Shown here one piece after another: positions 6,568 through 14,255 of a DNA stretch of 32,574 nt (positions are counted from its first letter, which is position 1; each line of letters starts with the position of its first letter). Position numbers and translations under genes: made by a program. The notes beneath the pieces were generated by a model. That model was given only the letters and a program-made list of their open reading frames with translations, was not told where the DNA came from and did no database searches. The DNA is from Minisyncoccota bacterium (GTDB taxonomy: Bacteria; Patescibacteriota; Minisyncoccia; Phycocordibacterales; UBA2100). Location of the stretch: NCBI GenBank assembly GCA_022842645.1, contig JALHPE010000005.1, positions 1 to 32,574 of the forward strand, written 5' to 3'.

Positions 6568-8769
6568 GTGTATCTGAAATCCATCGAGCTCACGGGGTTT
6601 AAGTCGTTCGGGAAGAAAACCGAGCTTCAATTTGGTTCGCCGATTGCGGGGATTGTGGGACCGAACGGGAGTGGGAAGTCGAATGTGGCGGATGGGTTTC
6701 GTTTTGTACTCGGTGAGCAGTCGATGAAGAGCATGCGCGGGAAGCGCGGAGAAGACATGATCTGGGGAGGCTCTCCTGCACTTCCGCGCATGAATCGTGC
6801 GGCGGTGCGGCTCGTGTTTGATAATGCGCTAGTTGGCGGAAAACGGCTTTTGGATATTGATTTTTCGGAGGTTACCGTCGAGCGTATTGTGCATCGCGAT
6901 GGCGCAAATGAGTACCTCCTCAACGGCTCTCAGGTGCGTTTGAAAGATGTGATTCGTCTTCTTGCGGGCGCGAATATTGGCGGCTCGGGGTATCAGATTA
7001 TTTCGCAGGGCGAGGCCGATCGTATTTTGAATGCAAGCCCACGCGAGCGCCGGGAGATGGTGGAAGATGCGCTGGGGCTTAAGCTTTATCAGCACAAAAA
7101 AGCCGAGAGCGAGCGGAAGCTTGAAGAAACGGCGGTGAATATTGATAAGACAAAGTCGCTTCGCCGCGAGCTCGCACCTCATCTTAAATTTCTTGAAGCG
7201 CAGGTGGAAAGAATAGAGAAGGCGCGCGAGATGAAAGCGGAGCTCGCACACAAGCTTGCTGATTATTTGGCGCGCGAAAATGCGTGGCTCACGGCGGAGG
7301 GGGTGCGTATTGCGGATGATGTGCACGAGCGCGAGACCGAGATTCACGCACTCCAAACCAAACTTCACGGCGCGCGTTCTGTGAAAGGGGGTGCGCATAC
7401 AGAGTCCCCACTTCTTACGAAGGTGCGGACGCTCCAGGGAGAGCTTGACGAAGCGCGCAGAAAGCGAGAACTGCTTGTGCGCGATCTCGGGCGTGCTGAG
7501 GGGGCGGTTGAGGCGGCGGCGATTACCGTTGAGCACGTGGTGCCTGCGCCGCATGTACGCGATTTCGTGCGCGAGATCACTGAAGCGATCGAGGAGGCGG
7601 AGCGAAGCCTTGACGTGGTGGGGATACGAAAACTACTCTCGCAACTTCGTGAGCGCATTCGCGCGTTTATCGAGGGGCTCTCTGGTGCTGCGCCGATTAC
7701 AAACGAAGAGGCGCGGAAGGAAGTGATTCGTCTCTCTGCTGCGCTTCCTAAAGCAGAGGCTGAAGAGAGTCGTATCACAAAAGCGCTTGAGGAGGCGCGC
7801 AGTGAGATTGCGCGGGAGCGCGAGGCGGCTTTTGCCGCCGAGCGCGAGGAAGTGCAGTTTGAAGCGCAGCTGCGCGAAGCGCAATCAAAAATGTTTGCGC
7901 TCAAGAGTGAGCGCGAACATCTTCTCGAACAGAAGCGACGATTTGAAGAAGAAGTGCGCGAAGGAATTGCGCTTCTCGGTTATTCATTTGAGGGTTGGAA
8001 TAATCACGATGTCCCCGAAGGCGCGCTTCTGGAAGAGCGACGCGAGCAAGAAAAACGCCGCCGGGATATTGAGCGATACAAAATAAAGATTGAAGAAGCG
8101 GGTGTTGGTGGCGGGGAAGCGATCGAGCAAGAATATAAACAGACAACCGAGCGCGATGCGTTTCTTGCGAAAGAGCTTCAAGATTTAGAGCACTCAGCTG
8201 CGTCTTTGAAAGATTTAATTGTCGAACTTGAAAAAACAATCGACGCTCGATTTACGGATGGCTTGAAACATATCAATGAGGCGCTGGGAGGATTCTTTCA
8301 GAAGCTTTTTGGCGGTGGGCACGCGAAGCTTTTTGTGGAAGATTCTAAAAAGGTGCGTGCGTCGCGCGGGGAGGAATTAGAAGAGGGTGAGATTTTAGAA
8401 GAGGAAGAATTATACGCCGGGCTTTCAATTGACGTTGCGCTTCCGCGTAAGAAAATCCGCGGACTTGAAGTCTTATCCGGCGGCGAGCGCGCACTCACTT
8501 CCATCGCGCTCATTTTCTCAATGTCGCAGGTGAACCCACCACCATTTCTTATTTTGGACGAAACTGATGCGGCGCTCGATGAGGCAAATTCAAAGCGCTA
8601 TGCCGACATGATTATGGAACTCGGCAAAAAGAGTCAGCTCATCGTCATTACCCACAACCGCGCCACCATGAGCGCGGCGGGGGAACTTTATGGCGTCACC
8701 ATGAGCCAAGATGGAGTCTCAAAAATACTTTCTGTGAAGCTTGAGGAAGCGGAGCGGGTGGCCAAATAA
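6568..8769 (+). CDS. smc: SMC-family ATPase, short form (733 aa) without a recognisable hinge
   Basis: The N-terminal head MYLKSIELTGFKSFGKKTELQFGSPIAGIVGPNGSGKSN carries Walker A. The C-terminal head LSGGERALTSIALIFSM...FLILDETDAALDEAN carries the signature and Walker B motifs. The middle is heptad-like, Glu/Arg/Ala-rich coiled coil only. Confidence 0.85.
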   Translation: MYLKSIELTGFKSFGKKTELQFGSPIAGIVGPNGSGKSNVADGFRFVLGEQSMKSMRGKRGEDMIWGGSPALPRMNRAAVRLVFDNALVGGKRLLDIDFSEVTVERIVHRDGANEYLLNGSQVRLKDVIRLLAGANIGGSGYQIISQGEADRILNASPRERREMVEDALGLKLYQHKKAESERKLEETAVNIDKTKSLRRELAPHLKFLEAQVERIEKAREMKAELAHKLADYLARENAWLTAEGVRIADDVHERETEIHALQTKLHGARSVKGGAHTESPLLTKVRTLQGELDEARRKRELLVRDLGRAEGAVEAAAITVEHVVPAPHVRDFVREITEAIEEAERSLDVVGIRKLLSQLRERIRAFIEGLSGAAPITNEEARKEVIRLSAALPKAEAEESRITKALEEARSEIAREREAAFAAEREEVQFEAQLREAQSKMFALKSEREHLLEQKRRFEEEVREGIALLGYSFEGWNNHDVPEGALLEERREQEKRRRDIERYKIKIEEAGVGGGEAIEQEYKQTTERDAFLAKELQDLEHSAASLKDLIVELEKTIDARFTDGLKHINEALGGFFQKLFGGGHAKLFVEDSKKVRASRGEELEEGEILEEEELYAGLSIDVALPRKKIRGLEVLSGGERALTSIALIFSMSQVNPPPFLILDETDAALDEANSKRYADMIMELGKKSQLIVITHNRATMSAAGELYGVTMSQDGVSKILSVKLEEAERVAK

Positions 8770-8771
8770 GG

Positions 8772-8807
8772 AACACCCACATCATCGCGTTGCGTGACGT
8801 GGGTGTT
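8772..8807. terminator. stem-loop between the convergent smc and flp-like genes
   Basis: aacacccac (8772-8780) pairs with gtgggtgtt (8799-8807). Confidence 0.4.
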
Positions 8808-8814
8808 GGTGTCT

Positions 8815-9015
8815 TTAGGGCTGGATCGGTTGAGTGACCGCAGGGGGTTTGCTAAGAGCATCCTCTTGAGGGAATAAGAGATCTCCGATGACCATCATGA
8901 TCCCTATCCCGATGATGCCCACGATTAAGCCGTATTCAATTGCTGTTGCGACACGCACTCCTTTTCTAGAGCTCGTCCAAATTTTTGGACTCGCAGACCA
9001 TACTATGTGTTGCAT
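8815..9015 (-). CDS. Flp/Fap-family (type IVb, Tad-type) pilin-like protein (66 aa)
   Basis: ATAIEYGLIVGIIGIGIMMVIG is the Flp motif (xTAIEYGLI followed by a hydrophobic helix). The exact start is uncertain. Confidence 0.6.
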   Translation of the reverse strand: MQHIVWSASPKIWTSSRKGVRVATAIEYGLIVGIIGIGIMMVIGDLLFPQEDALSKPPAVTQPIQP

Positions 9016-9038
9016 TATGAGTCAACGTCTGCTAAAGT
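9010..9038 (+). promoter_or_regulatory. candidate promoter of rpsP (TTGCAT-N17-TAAAGT with upstream TG)
   Basis: TTGCAT at 9010-9015, TG at 9030-9031 and TAAAGT at 9033-9038. ATG at 9047 is 8 nt downstream. Confidence 0.45.
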
Positions 9039-9046
9039 GCCCCGAC

Positions 9047-9436
9047 ATGTTAAAGATCCGATTACAGCGCACTGGGCGCACCAATAACCCCTCGTACCGC
9101 GTGGTGGTGACCGAACACCAAAATGGCCCTAAATCTGGCCGTGCAAATGAGGTGCTTGGCTCCTACAATCCTAAGAGCAAGGAGCGTGTGCTCGATGGTG
9201 AGCGCATCAAATACTGGCTCTCGAAGGGTGCGCAGGCAAGTGGCACTATGCACAATATGCTCATTTCTGCGGGCATTATCTCCGGTAAGAAGGTGAATGT
9301 GCTTCCAAAGAAGACGGTTGCGAAGGTGGAGGCTCCAGCAGCGGAGGCACCTGCAGCACCAGCTCCTGAGACTCCTTCAGAACCTGAGGCTCCGGTTGAA
9401 ACTCCGGCCGAGGAACCAGTTCCTGCGCAAGCCTAA
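9047..9436 (+). CDS. rpsP: 30S ribosomal protein S16 with a Pro/Ala/Glu-rich C-terminal tail
   Basis: MLKIRLQRTGRTNNPSYRVVV is the canonical S16 N-terminus. The track ORF 8888-9436 is an upstream read-through overlapping the flp-like gene. Confidence 0.9.
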   Translation: MLKIRLQRTGRTNNPSYRVVVTEHQNGPKSGRANEVLGSYNPKSKERVLDGERIKYWLSKGAQASGTMHNMLISAGIISGKKVNVLPKKTVAKVEAPAAEAPAAPAPETPSEPEAPVETPAEEPVPAQA

Positions 9437-9446
9437 CGCTTGACGA

Positions 9447-9475
9447 GGTGCGAGAAAGAGCGCACCATTTGAGTA
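9447..9475 (+). terminator. weak stem-loop after rpsP
   Basis: ggtgcg (9447-9452) pairs with cgcacc (9461-9466), followed by atttgagtatt. Confidence 0.35.
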
Positions 9476-9497
9476 TTACTGACCTAGGAAACCCGCC

Positions 9498-9827
9498 ATG
9501 GAAAACGATCAGAAATTCCTTGAATACGTTGTGACCTCCCTCGTCGATCATCCAGAAGACGTCAAAATCAACCGTACCGTTGATGAGATGGGCGTGCTCC
9601 TCACGCTTTCCGTACATAAAGATGACATGGGGAAGATTATTGGTCGCTCCGGCGCGACGGCAAAAGCCATTCGCACCGTTCTTCGCGTTGTTGGTATGAA
9701 GCACGATGCGCGCGTGAATTTGAAGATTGAAGAACCAGAGGGAAGTGAGCGCAGCGCGGGCGGCGGATCATACCAGCGCGACACATCGGTTGATGATGTG
9801 ATTGCGGATCTTAAGGGGGAGAGATAA
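9498..9827 (+). CDS. KH-domain RNA-binding protein (UPF0109/YlqC-like)
   Basis: LEYVVTSLVDHPEDVKI...MGKIIGRSGATAKAIRTVL contains the GxxG KH motif. It sits at the conserved position after rpsP. Confidence 0.85.
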   Translation: MENDQKFLEYVVTSLVDHPEDVKINRTVDEMGVLLTLSVHKDDMGKIIGRSGATAKAIRTVLRVVGMKHDARVNLKIEEPEGSERSAGGGSYQRDTSVDDVIADLKGER

Positions 9828-9828
9828 A

Positions 9829-9911
9829 TAGTTTGTAGTGTGTAGACTGTAGTTTGTAGTGGATTGCCCTTGTGTTTTGACTACAGTCTACAAACTACTT
9901 TCTACAAACTA
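9829..9911. repeat. cluster of 10-mer TAGTTTGTAG repeats (2 direct, 2 inverted) plus an 11-bp inverted repeat
   Basis: TAGTTTGTAG at 9829-9838 and 9850-9859. CTACAAACTA at 9888-9897 and 9902-9911. gtagactgtag (9842-9852) pairs with ctacagtctac (9881-9891). Confidence 0.6.
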
Positions 9912-9914
9912 ACC

Positions 9915-10583
9915 ATGCTCCACTTCCACATCGTTACCTTGTTTCCCGAATCTATTGAGGGCTACTTCAAAAGCTCGATGTTAAAGCGTGCACAGGAGGA
10001 TGGGAAAATAAAGGTGCATTTCTACGACCCAAAAGATTTTACGGAAAGCAAAAAAGAGCGCATTGATCGACGGCCGTATGGTGGGGGCCCCGGCATGGTA
10101 CTTGCGCCGGAATTCGTTCTTAAAGCAGCGGAGAAAGCATTTAAGAAAATAGAAAATAGAAAAAAGACATTAGATAAAAATACAGTCACGTTATTTTTCT
10201 CACCGGCGGGGGATTTGTTCGACGGAAAAATGGCCAAAGCGTTGGCGAAGAAAAAACACATCGTAATGATTGCGGGGCATTATGAGGGCGTCGACGCGCG
10301 TGTGGAAAAAATTCTTAAAGCGAAGCGTGTTTCTGTGGGGCCGTATGTGCTCACCGGTGGAGAGCTTCCGGCAGCCATCGTGGTGGATGCTGTCTCTCGC
10401 CACGTGAAAGGGGTGTTGGGAGACAACGATTCGCTCGAGGAAAATCGCACCGCTTCACCGGCTGTGTACACTCGTCCTGATGTCTTGGTGTGGAAGAAAA
10501 AAAAGTATCCTGTACCGGAAGTTTTGAAATCGGGGCACCATGCGAAGATTGAGGAGTGGAAAAAGTCACAGCAAGGGGGTTGA
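9915..10583 (+). CDS. trmD: tRNA (guanine37-N1)-methyltransferase
   Basis: MLHFHIVTLFPE...RPYGGGPGMV...LTGGELPA are TrmD motifs. ATG 9915 is preferred over the track start at 9864, which reads through the repeat cluster. Confidence 0.9.
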   Translation: MLHFHIVTLFPESIEGYFKSSMLKRAQEDGKIKVHFYDPKDFTESKKERIDRRPYGGGPGMVLAPEFVLKAAEKAFKKIENRKKTLDKNTVTLFFSPAGDLFDGKMAKALAKKKHIVMIAGHYEGVDARVEKILKAKRVSVGPYVLTGGELPAAIVVDAVSRHVKGVLGDNDSLEENRTASPAVYTRPDVLVWKKKKYPVPEVLKSGHHAKIEEWKKSQQGG

Positions 10584-10608
10584 CGCACGTTTGTATCGGG
10601 CGTAGAGT
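10580..10608 (+). promoter_or_regulatory. candidate promoter TTGACG-N17-TAGAGT for the 59-codon ORF
   Basis: TTGACG at 10580-10585 overlaps the trmD stop codon. TAGAGT at 10603-10608. Confidence 0.4.
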
Positions 10609-10671
10609 CGCCCGTGAGTCGCATGTACTTTTGATCCATTTTAGACGCGACTCTAGTGGGAGGAAAATACC

Positions 10672-10851
10672 ATGTACGATACGAAGGGCGAGCATCAGTC
10701 AGTGAAGCCCGTGAAAGAAGCTGAAATCATCTGCGGCGAACTGCCAAGGATTCTTTTTACGAGACTGCCTCGAAAACAAGCTCGACCAACGTATGTGCCG
10801 AAAGTCCCGGATCGACTCTGTGAAGACGTCGTTAATGGGAAAATCCGGTAG
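10672..10851 (+). CDS. small hypothetical protein (59 aa), below the ORF-track cutoff
   Basis: SD GGGAGG (10658-10663) lies 8 nt before ATG 10672. Translation: MYDTKGEHQSVKPVKEAEIICGELPRILFTRLPRKQARPTYVPKVPDRLCEDVVNGKIR. The stop is at 10849-10851 and a terminator follows. Confidence 0.45.
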   Translation: MYDTKGEHQSVKPVKEAEIICGELPRILFTRLPRKQARPTYVPKVPDRLCEDVVNGKIR

Positions 10852-10864
10852 GCTCCGGAACAAT

Positions 10865-10902
10865 GGCAGTCCTTCGCGGGCTGCCCGTATTTATTTTTAT
10901 TT
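10865..10902 (+). terminator. rho-independent terminator
   Basis: ggcagtcc (10865-10872) pairs with gggctgcc (10878-10885) including one G-T pair, followed by cgtatttatttttattt. Confidence 0.6.
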
Positions 10903-10923
10903 CCCCGCAACCACGGATGTAAC

Positions 10924-10952
10924 TTGACTCTTGACGGGGGGTGGTATAGAGT
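10924..10952 (+). promoter_or_regulatory. candidate rpoBC promoter TTGACT-N17-TAGAGT
   Basis: TTGACT at 10924-10929 and TAGAGT at 10947-10952, the same -10 hexamer as the promoter at 10580. This would give a leader of about 120 nt containing the hairpin acaagcaccc/gggttgcttgt. Confidence 0.35.
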
Positions 10953-11076
10953 ATTGCAGTACTTTTGATACGCGATTGAGTTACGAAAACTCAGGGTACG
11001 CTCTGGTAGATTTTTATAAAAGAAAGACAAGCACCCAAGAAGGGTTGCTTGTTCTTGTGCGTAATCTATTCGCGTC

Positions 11077-14000
11077 ATGGCAAAACAAAAGCGCCTCACG
11101 AAGAAATACTTCGGCAAATTCCGAGAACCGTTGGTCGAGCTTCCAAACCTCGTTGAGTCACAAGTCGATTCATTTCAAAAGTTTGCGCGAGAAAGTGCTG
11201 CGCGTGTGTTTAAAGAATTCTCCCCGATTTCTGATCATGCGGGAAAGAAGTTCACACTCGAACTCTCTGATTTCACATTTGGCCCCGTACGCTTCGACGA
11301 AGAATATGCAAAGCGGATGATGCGCACCTATGAGGCGCCACTGTCTTTGACCGCGACACTTAAAAACAAAACCACTGGCTCAGAAAAGAGTCAGGAGATT
11401 TTTATTGCCGATTTTCCGTGGATGACAAAACACGGTACGTTCATCATTAATGGTGTTGAGCGCATTGTGGTGCCACAGCTCGCGCGCTCCTACGGCGTTT
11501 TCTTTGAGACTGTACCGGTGAAGGGGGTAAATTACTTTGCCGCAAAGATCATTCCTTCGCGCGGTGTGTGGATTGAGATTGAAAGTGATGCTGACAACGC
11601 GATTTACGTAAAGATCGACCGTAAGCGTCGTTTCCCAGTCACGTCACTCCTTCGTGTCTTGGGTGCATCAACTGATGCGCAGATTCTTACCTACTTCCGT
11701 GATGAGCATGCGCTCAGTGCAGTGCGCGCGACACTCGCCTTGGACACTGCAAAGACGAGCTCTGAAGCCGCGGTTGAAATTTATCGCCGCCTTCGCGACG
11801 GTGACATTGCAACGCCAGACACAGCAGTTGATCACGTCGCTTCTCTTCTTTCAGCAGAGCGCTACGACCTCTCGCGTGTTGGCCGGTTCCACTTCAATCG
11901 TCGTTTCGGACTCTCCATCGCTGAGAAAGATTTGGCGCGCGCCACACTCTCTGTAGAAGACATTGCACGCATCATTACCTTGATTGCGCAGTCGAATAAT
12001 GATCCAAAGGCAGAAGCAGACGACATCGATCACCTAGGATTCCGTCGCGTGCGCTTTGTGGGCGAACTTCTCGAGCAGCGTATGCGCATTGGTCTCTCGC
12101 GCATGAAGCGCAACATTCAGGATCGTATGGCGATGGTGGAGGCTGAGACATCGCTTCCGGTAAATTTTGTGAACCCACGTCCGTTCCAAGCAGCGATTCG
12201 TGAATTCTTCACGACCGATCAGCTCTCGCAGCTCATGCAGCAGTACAACTCGCTCGATGAGATCGAACACCTTCGCACGCTCTCCACGCTTGGTCGTGGC
12301 GGCCTCGTTTCCGAGCGCGCAGGACTCGAAGTGCGCGACGTGCACGCCTCGCACTATGGTCGCGTGTGTCCGATTCATACACCAGAAGGTAAGAACATCG
12401 GGCTTGTGCTTCACATGGCACTCTACGCTCGCCCCAATGAATTTGGCATCATTGAAACACCGTATGCGAAAGTAGAGAAGGGGAGGGTGACCAAAGAAAT
12501 TGTGTACATGAACGCACTCGAAGAAGAAACGCATGCGATTGCACACTCGGCAACACCAGTGGATGACGAGGGCAAAATTATCCCCAGCATTGTCGAAGTG
12601 CGCAAAGAAGGCGAACCGACGATTGTTGGCCGTGCCGATGTGGATCTCATGGAAATTGCAACGAATCAACCGTTCTCTGTCGCGACATCCCTCATTCCGT
12701 TTGTTGAAAACGACGACGCAAACCGCGCACTCATGGGTTCGAACATGCAGAAGCAGGCAGTGCCTTTGGTTATTCCAGACGCACCTGTCGTTGCGACGGG
12801 TATTGAAGAGAGTGCGGCACGTGATTCTGGACGTATGCTTCTCGCAGAAGACGTGGGTGAAGTGGTTGCCGTTGACGCAAAAATGATCAAGGTCAAAAAC
12901 GCAGACGGCAAATCGAAGGAATATAGTCTCATTAATTTTTCTCGAACTAATGGCTTTACGTGCTTCCACCAGCGTCCCAGCGTTTCCGTTGGTGACAAAG
13001 TGAAGAAGGGCAGCGTGCTTGCGGATTCTGCAACATCAGACCGCGGACACCTCGCAATCGGACAAAACGTCCGCGTGGCGTTCCTTCCGTGGTCAGGTGC
13101 GAACTTCGAAGACGCTATCATCATTTCTGAACGTCTTGCAAAAGAGGCGCGCTTCACCTCGATCCACATGGAAGAATTTGTGTGTGTCGTGCGCGACACC
13201 AAGCTTGGGCCTGAGGTCACAACCCACGACATTCCGAACGTTTCTGAATTCAAACTCCGTAACCTCGATGAAGAAGGCATTATTCGCATTGGCGCTGAAG
13301 TGCGCACCGGTGACATTCTTGTCGGTAAAGTAACACCGAAAGGTGAGACACAGCTCACCCCAGAAGAGCGTCTTCTCCATGCAATCTTCGGCGAGAAGGC
13401 AAAAGACGTGAAAGACACCTCAATGCGCATGGAAGGTGGCAAGCGTGGTCGTGTTGTTTCCGTCAAAGTGTTCTCGCGCGAAAGCGGCGACAGCCTTGAG
13501 AGCGGTGTTATCAAGCGTGTGCACGTGGAAGTGGCACAGCTTCGCACTATCTCTGTGGGTGACAAGCTTGCAGGACGTCACGGTAACAAAGGTGTTATCT
13601 CGCGCGTTCTTCCAGAAGAAGATATGCCATTTGACGCGAATGGCGAACCTGTCGACATTATTCTCACTCCACTTGGCGTGCCTTCACGTATGAACTTGGG
13701 GCAAATTCTCGAGCTTCACTTAGGGCTTGCGGCAACCGAGCTTGGCTATCAAGCGGTCGTGCCATCGTTTGCAGGCGCAACGGAAGAAGAAATCAAGACA
13801 GAGCTTAAAGAAGCTGGTTTCCGCGACGATGGTAAGCGTATGCTCTTCGATGGCCGCACGGGCGAGCCGTTTGCACAGCCGGTTTCCGTCGGTGTTATGT
13901 ATATGCTCAAACTTCACCACATGGTGGAAGACAAGATACACATGCGCTCGATTGGTCCGTACTCACTTACCACCCAGCAGCCGCTTGGTGGCAAGGCGCA

Positions 14001-14250
14001 AAACGGTGGTCAGCGTGTCGGAGAAATGGAAGTGTGGGCATTCCTCGGCTACGGCGCCGCACACTCGCTCCGTGAAATTCTCACCTACAAATCTGACGAC
14101 ATTCTCGGCCGTTCTGCTGCGTTCGATGCCATCGTTTCCGGTGAACGCATCAAGGAATCAAACACACCCGCAACATTCAATGTCTTGGTACGACACTTGC
14201 GAGGCCTCGGTATCGATCTTGAATTTAAAAGCCAGGGTAATGACGCATAA
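11077..14250 (+). CDS. rpoB: DNA-directed RNA polymerase subunit beta (1057 aa)
   Basis: Conserved beta motifs are present throughout, e.g. FMDQNNPLSE-like QLSQLMQQYNSLDEIEHLRTLS, GRHGNKGVISRVLP and GGQRVGEMEVWA. Confidence 0.97.
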   Translation: MAKQKRLTKKYFGKFREPLVELPNLVESQVDSFQKFARESAARVFKEFSPISDHAGKKFTLELSDFTFGPVRFDEEYAKRMMRTYEAPLSLTATLKNKTTGSEKSQEIFIADFPWMTKHGTFIINGVERIVVPQLARSYGVFFETVPVKGVNYFAAKIIPSRGVWIEIESDADNAIYVKIDRKRRFPVTSLLRVLGASTDAQILTYFRDEHALSAVRATLALDTAKTSSEAAVEIYRRLRDGDIATPDTAVDHVASLLSAERYDLSRVGRFHFNRRFGLSIAEKDLARATLSVEDIARIITLIAQSNNDPKAEADDIDHLGFRRVRFVGELLEQRMRIGLSRMKRNIQDRMAMVEAETSLPVNFVNPRPFQAAIREFFTTDQLSQLMQQYNSLDEIEHLRTLSTLGRGGLVSERAGLEVRDVHASHYGRVCPIHTPEGKNIGLVLHMALYARPNEFGIIETPYAKVEKGRVTKEIVYMNALEEETHAIAHSATPVDDEGKIIPSIVEVRKEGEPTIVGRADVDLMEIATNQPFSVATSLIPFVENDDANRALMGSNMQKQAVPLVIPDAPVVATGIEESAARDSGRMLLAEDVGEVVAVDAKMIKVKNADGKSKEYSLINFSRTNGFTCFHQRPSVSVGDKVKKGSVLADSATSDRGHLAIGQNVRVAFLPWSGANFEDAIIISERLAKEARFTSIHMEEFVCVVRDTKLGPEVTTHDIPNVSEFKLRNLDEEGIIRIGAEVRTGDILVGKVTPKGETQLTPEERLLHAIFGEKAKDVKDTSMRMEGGKRGRVVSVKVFSRESGDSLESGVIKRVHVEVAQLRTISVGDKLAGRHGNKGVISRVLPEEDMPFDANGEPVDIILTPLGVPSRMNLGQILELHLGLAATELGYQAVVPSFAGATEEEIKTELKEAGFRDDGKRMLFDGRTGEPFAQPVSVGVMYMLKLHHMVEDKIHMRSIGPYSLTTQQPLGGKAQNGGQRVGEMEVWAFLGYGAAHSLREILTYKSDDILGRSAAFDAIVSGERIKESNTPATFNVLVRHLRGLGIDLEFKSQGNDA

Positions 14251-14255
14251 CGCCT

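Noticed and set aside
8888-9046. Upstream extension of rpsP to a 182-aa ORF.
   Set aside because: The S16 homology begins exactly at MLKIRLQRTGR (9047). The extension overlaps the Flp-like gene on the other strand and contains the candidate rpsP promoter.
9829-9911. CRISPR-like array hypothesis for the short repeat clusters (also 32024-32136).
   Set aside because: The repeats are only 10 nt, overlap or abut each other, occur in both orientations and have no unique spacers of CRISPR size. No cas genes are present; the only Cas4-like fold is an orphan nuclease lacking the Cys cluster.
10695-11117. 140-aa minus-strand ORF spanning the trmD-rpoB spacer and the rpoB start.
   Set aside because: It overlaps the rpoB start codon, the plus-strand terminator and both TAGAGT promoters. 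It has no SD or promoter of its own, and its translation has no recognisable features. The plus-strand 59-codon ORF with full signals explains the region better.
12034-13565. Long antisense ORFs inside rpoB (12034-12969, 311 aa; 12666-13565, 299 aa), and similar ones inside rpoC (14355-15152, 15156-15791, 16962-17564) and smc (6829-7554, 7365-7904).
   Set aside because: They lie entirely opposite genes with unmistakable conserved motifs. Their translations are low-complexity (Arg/Ser/Cys/His-rich) and they have no start signals. They are typical shadow ORFs of moderately GC-rich coding sequence.
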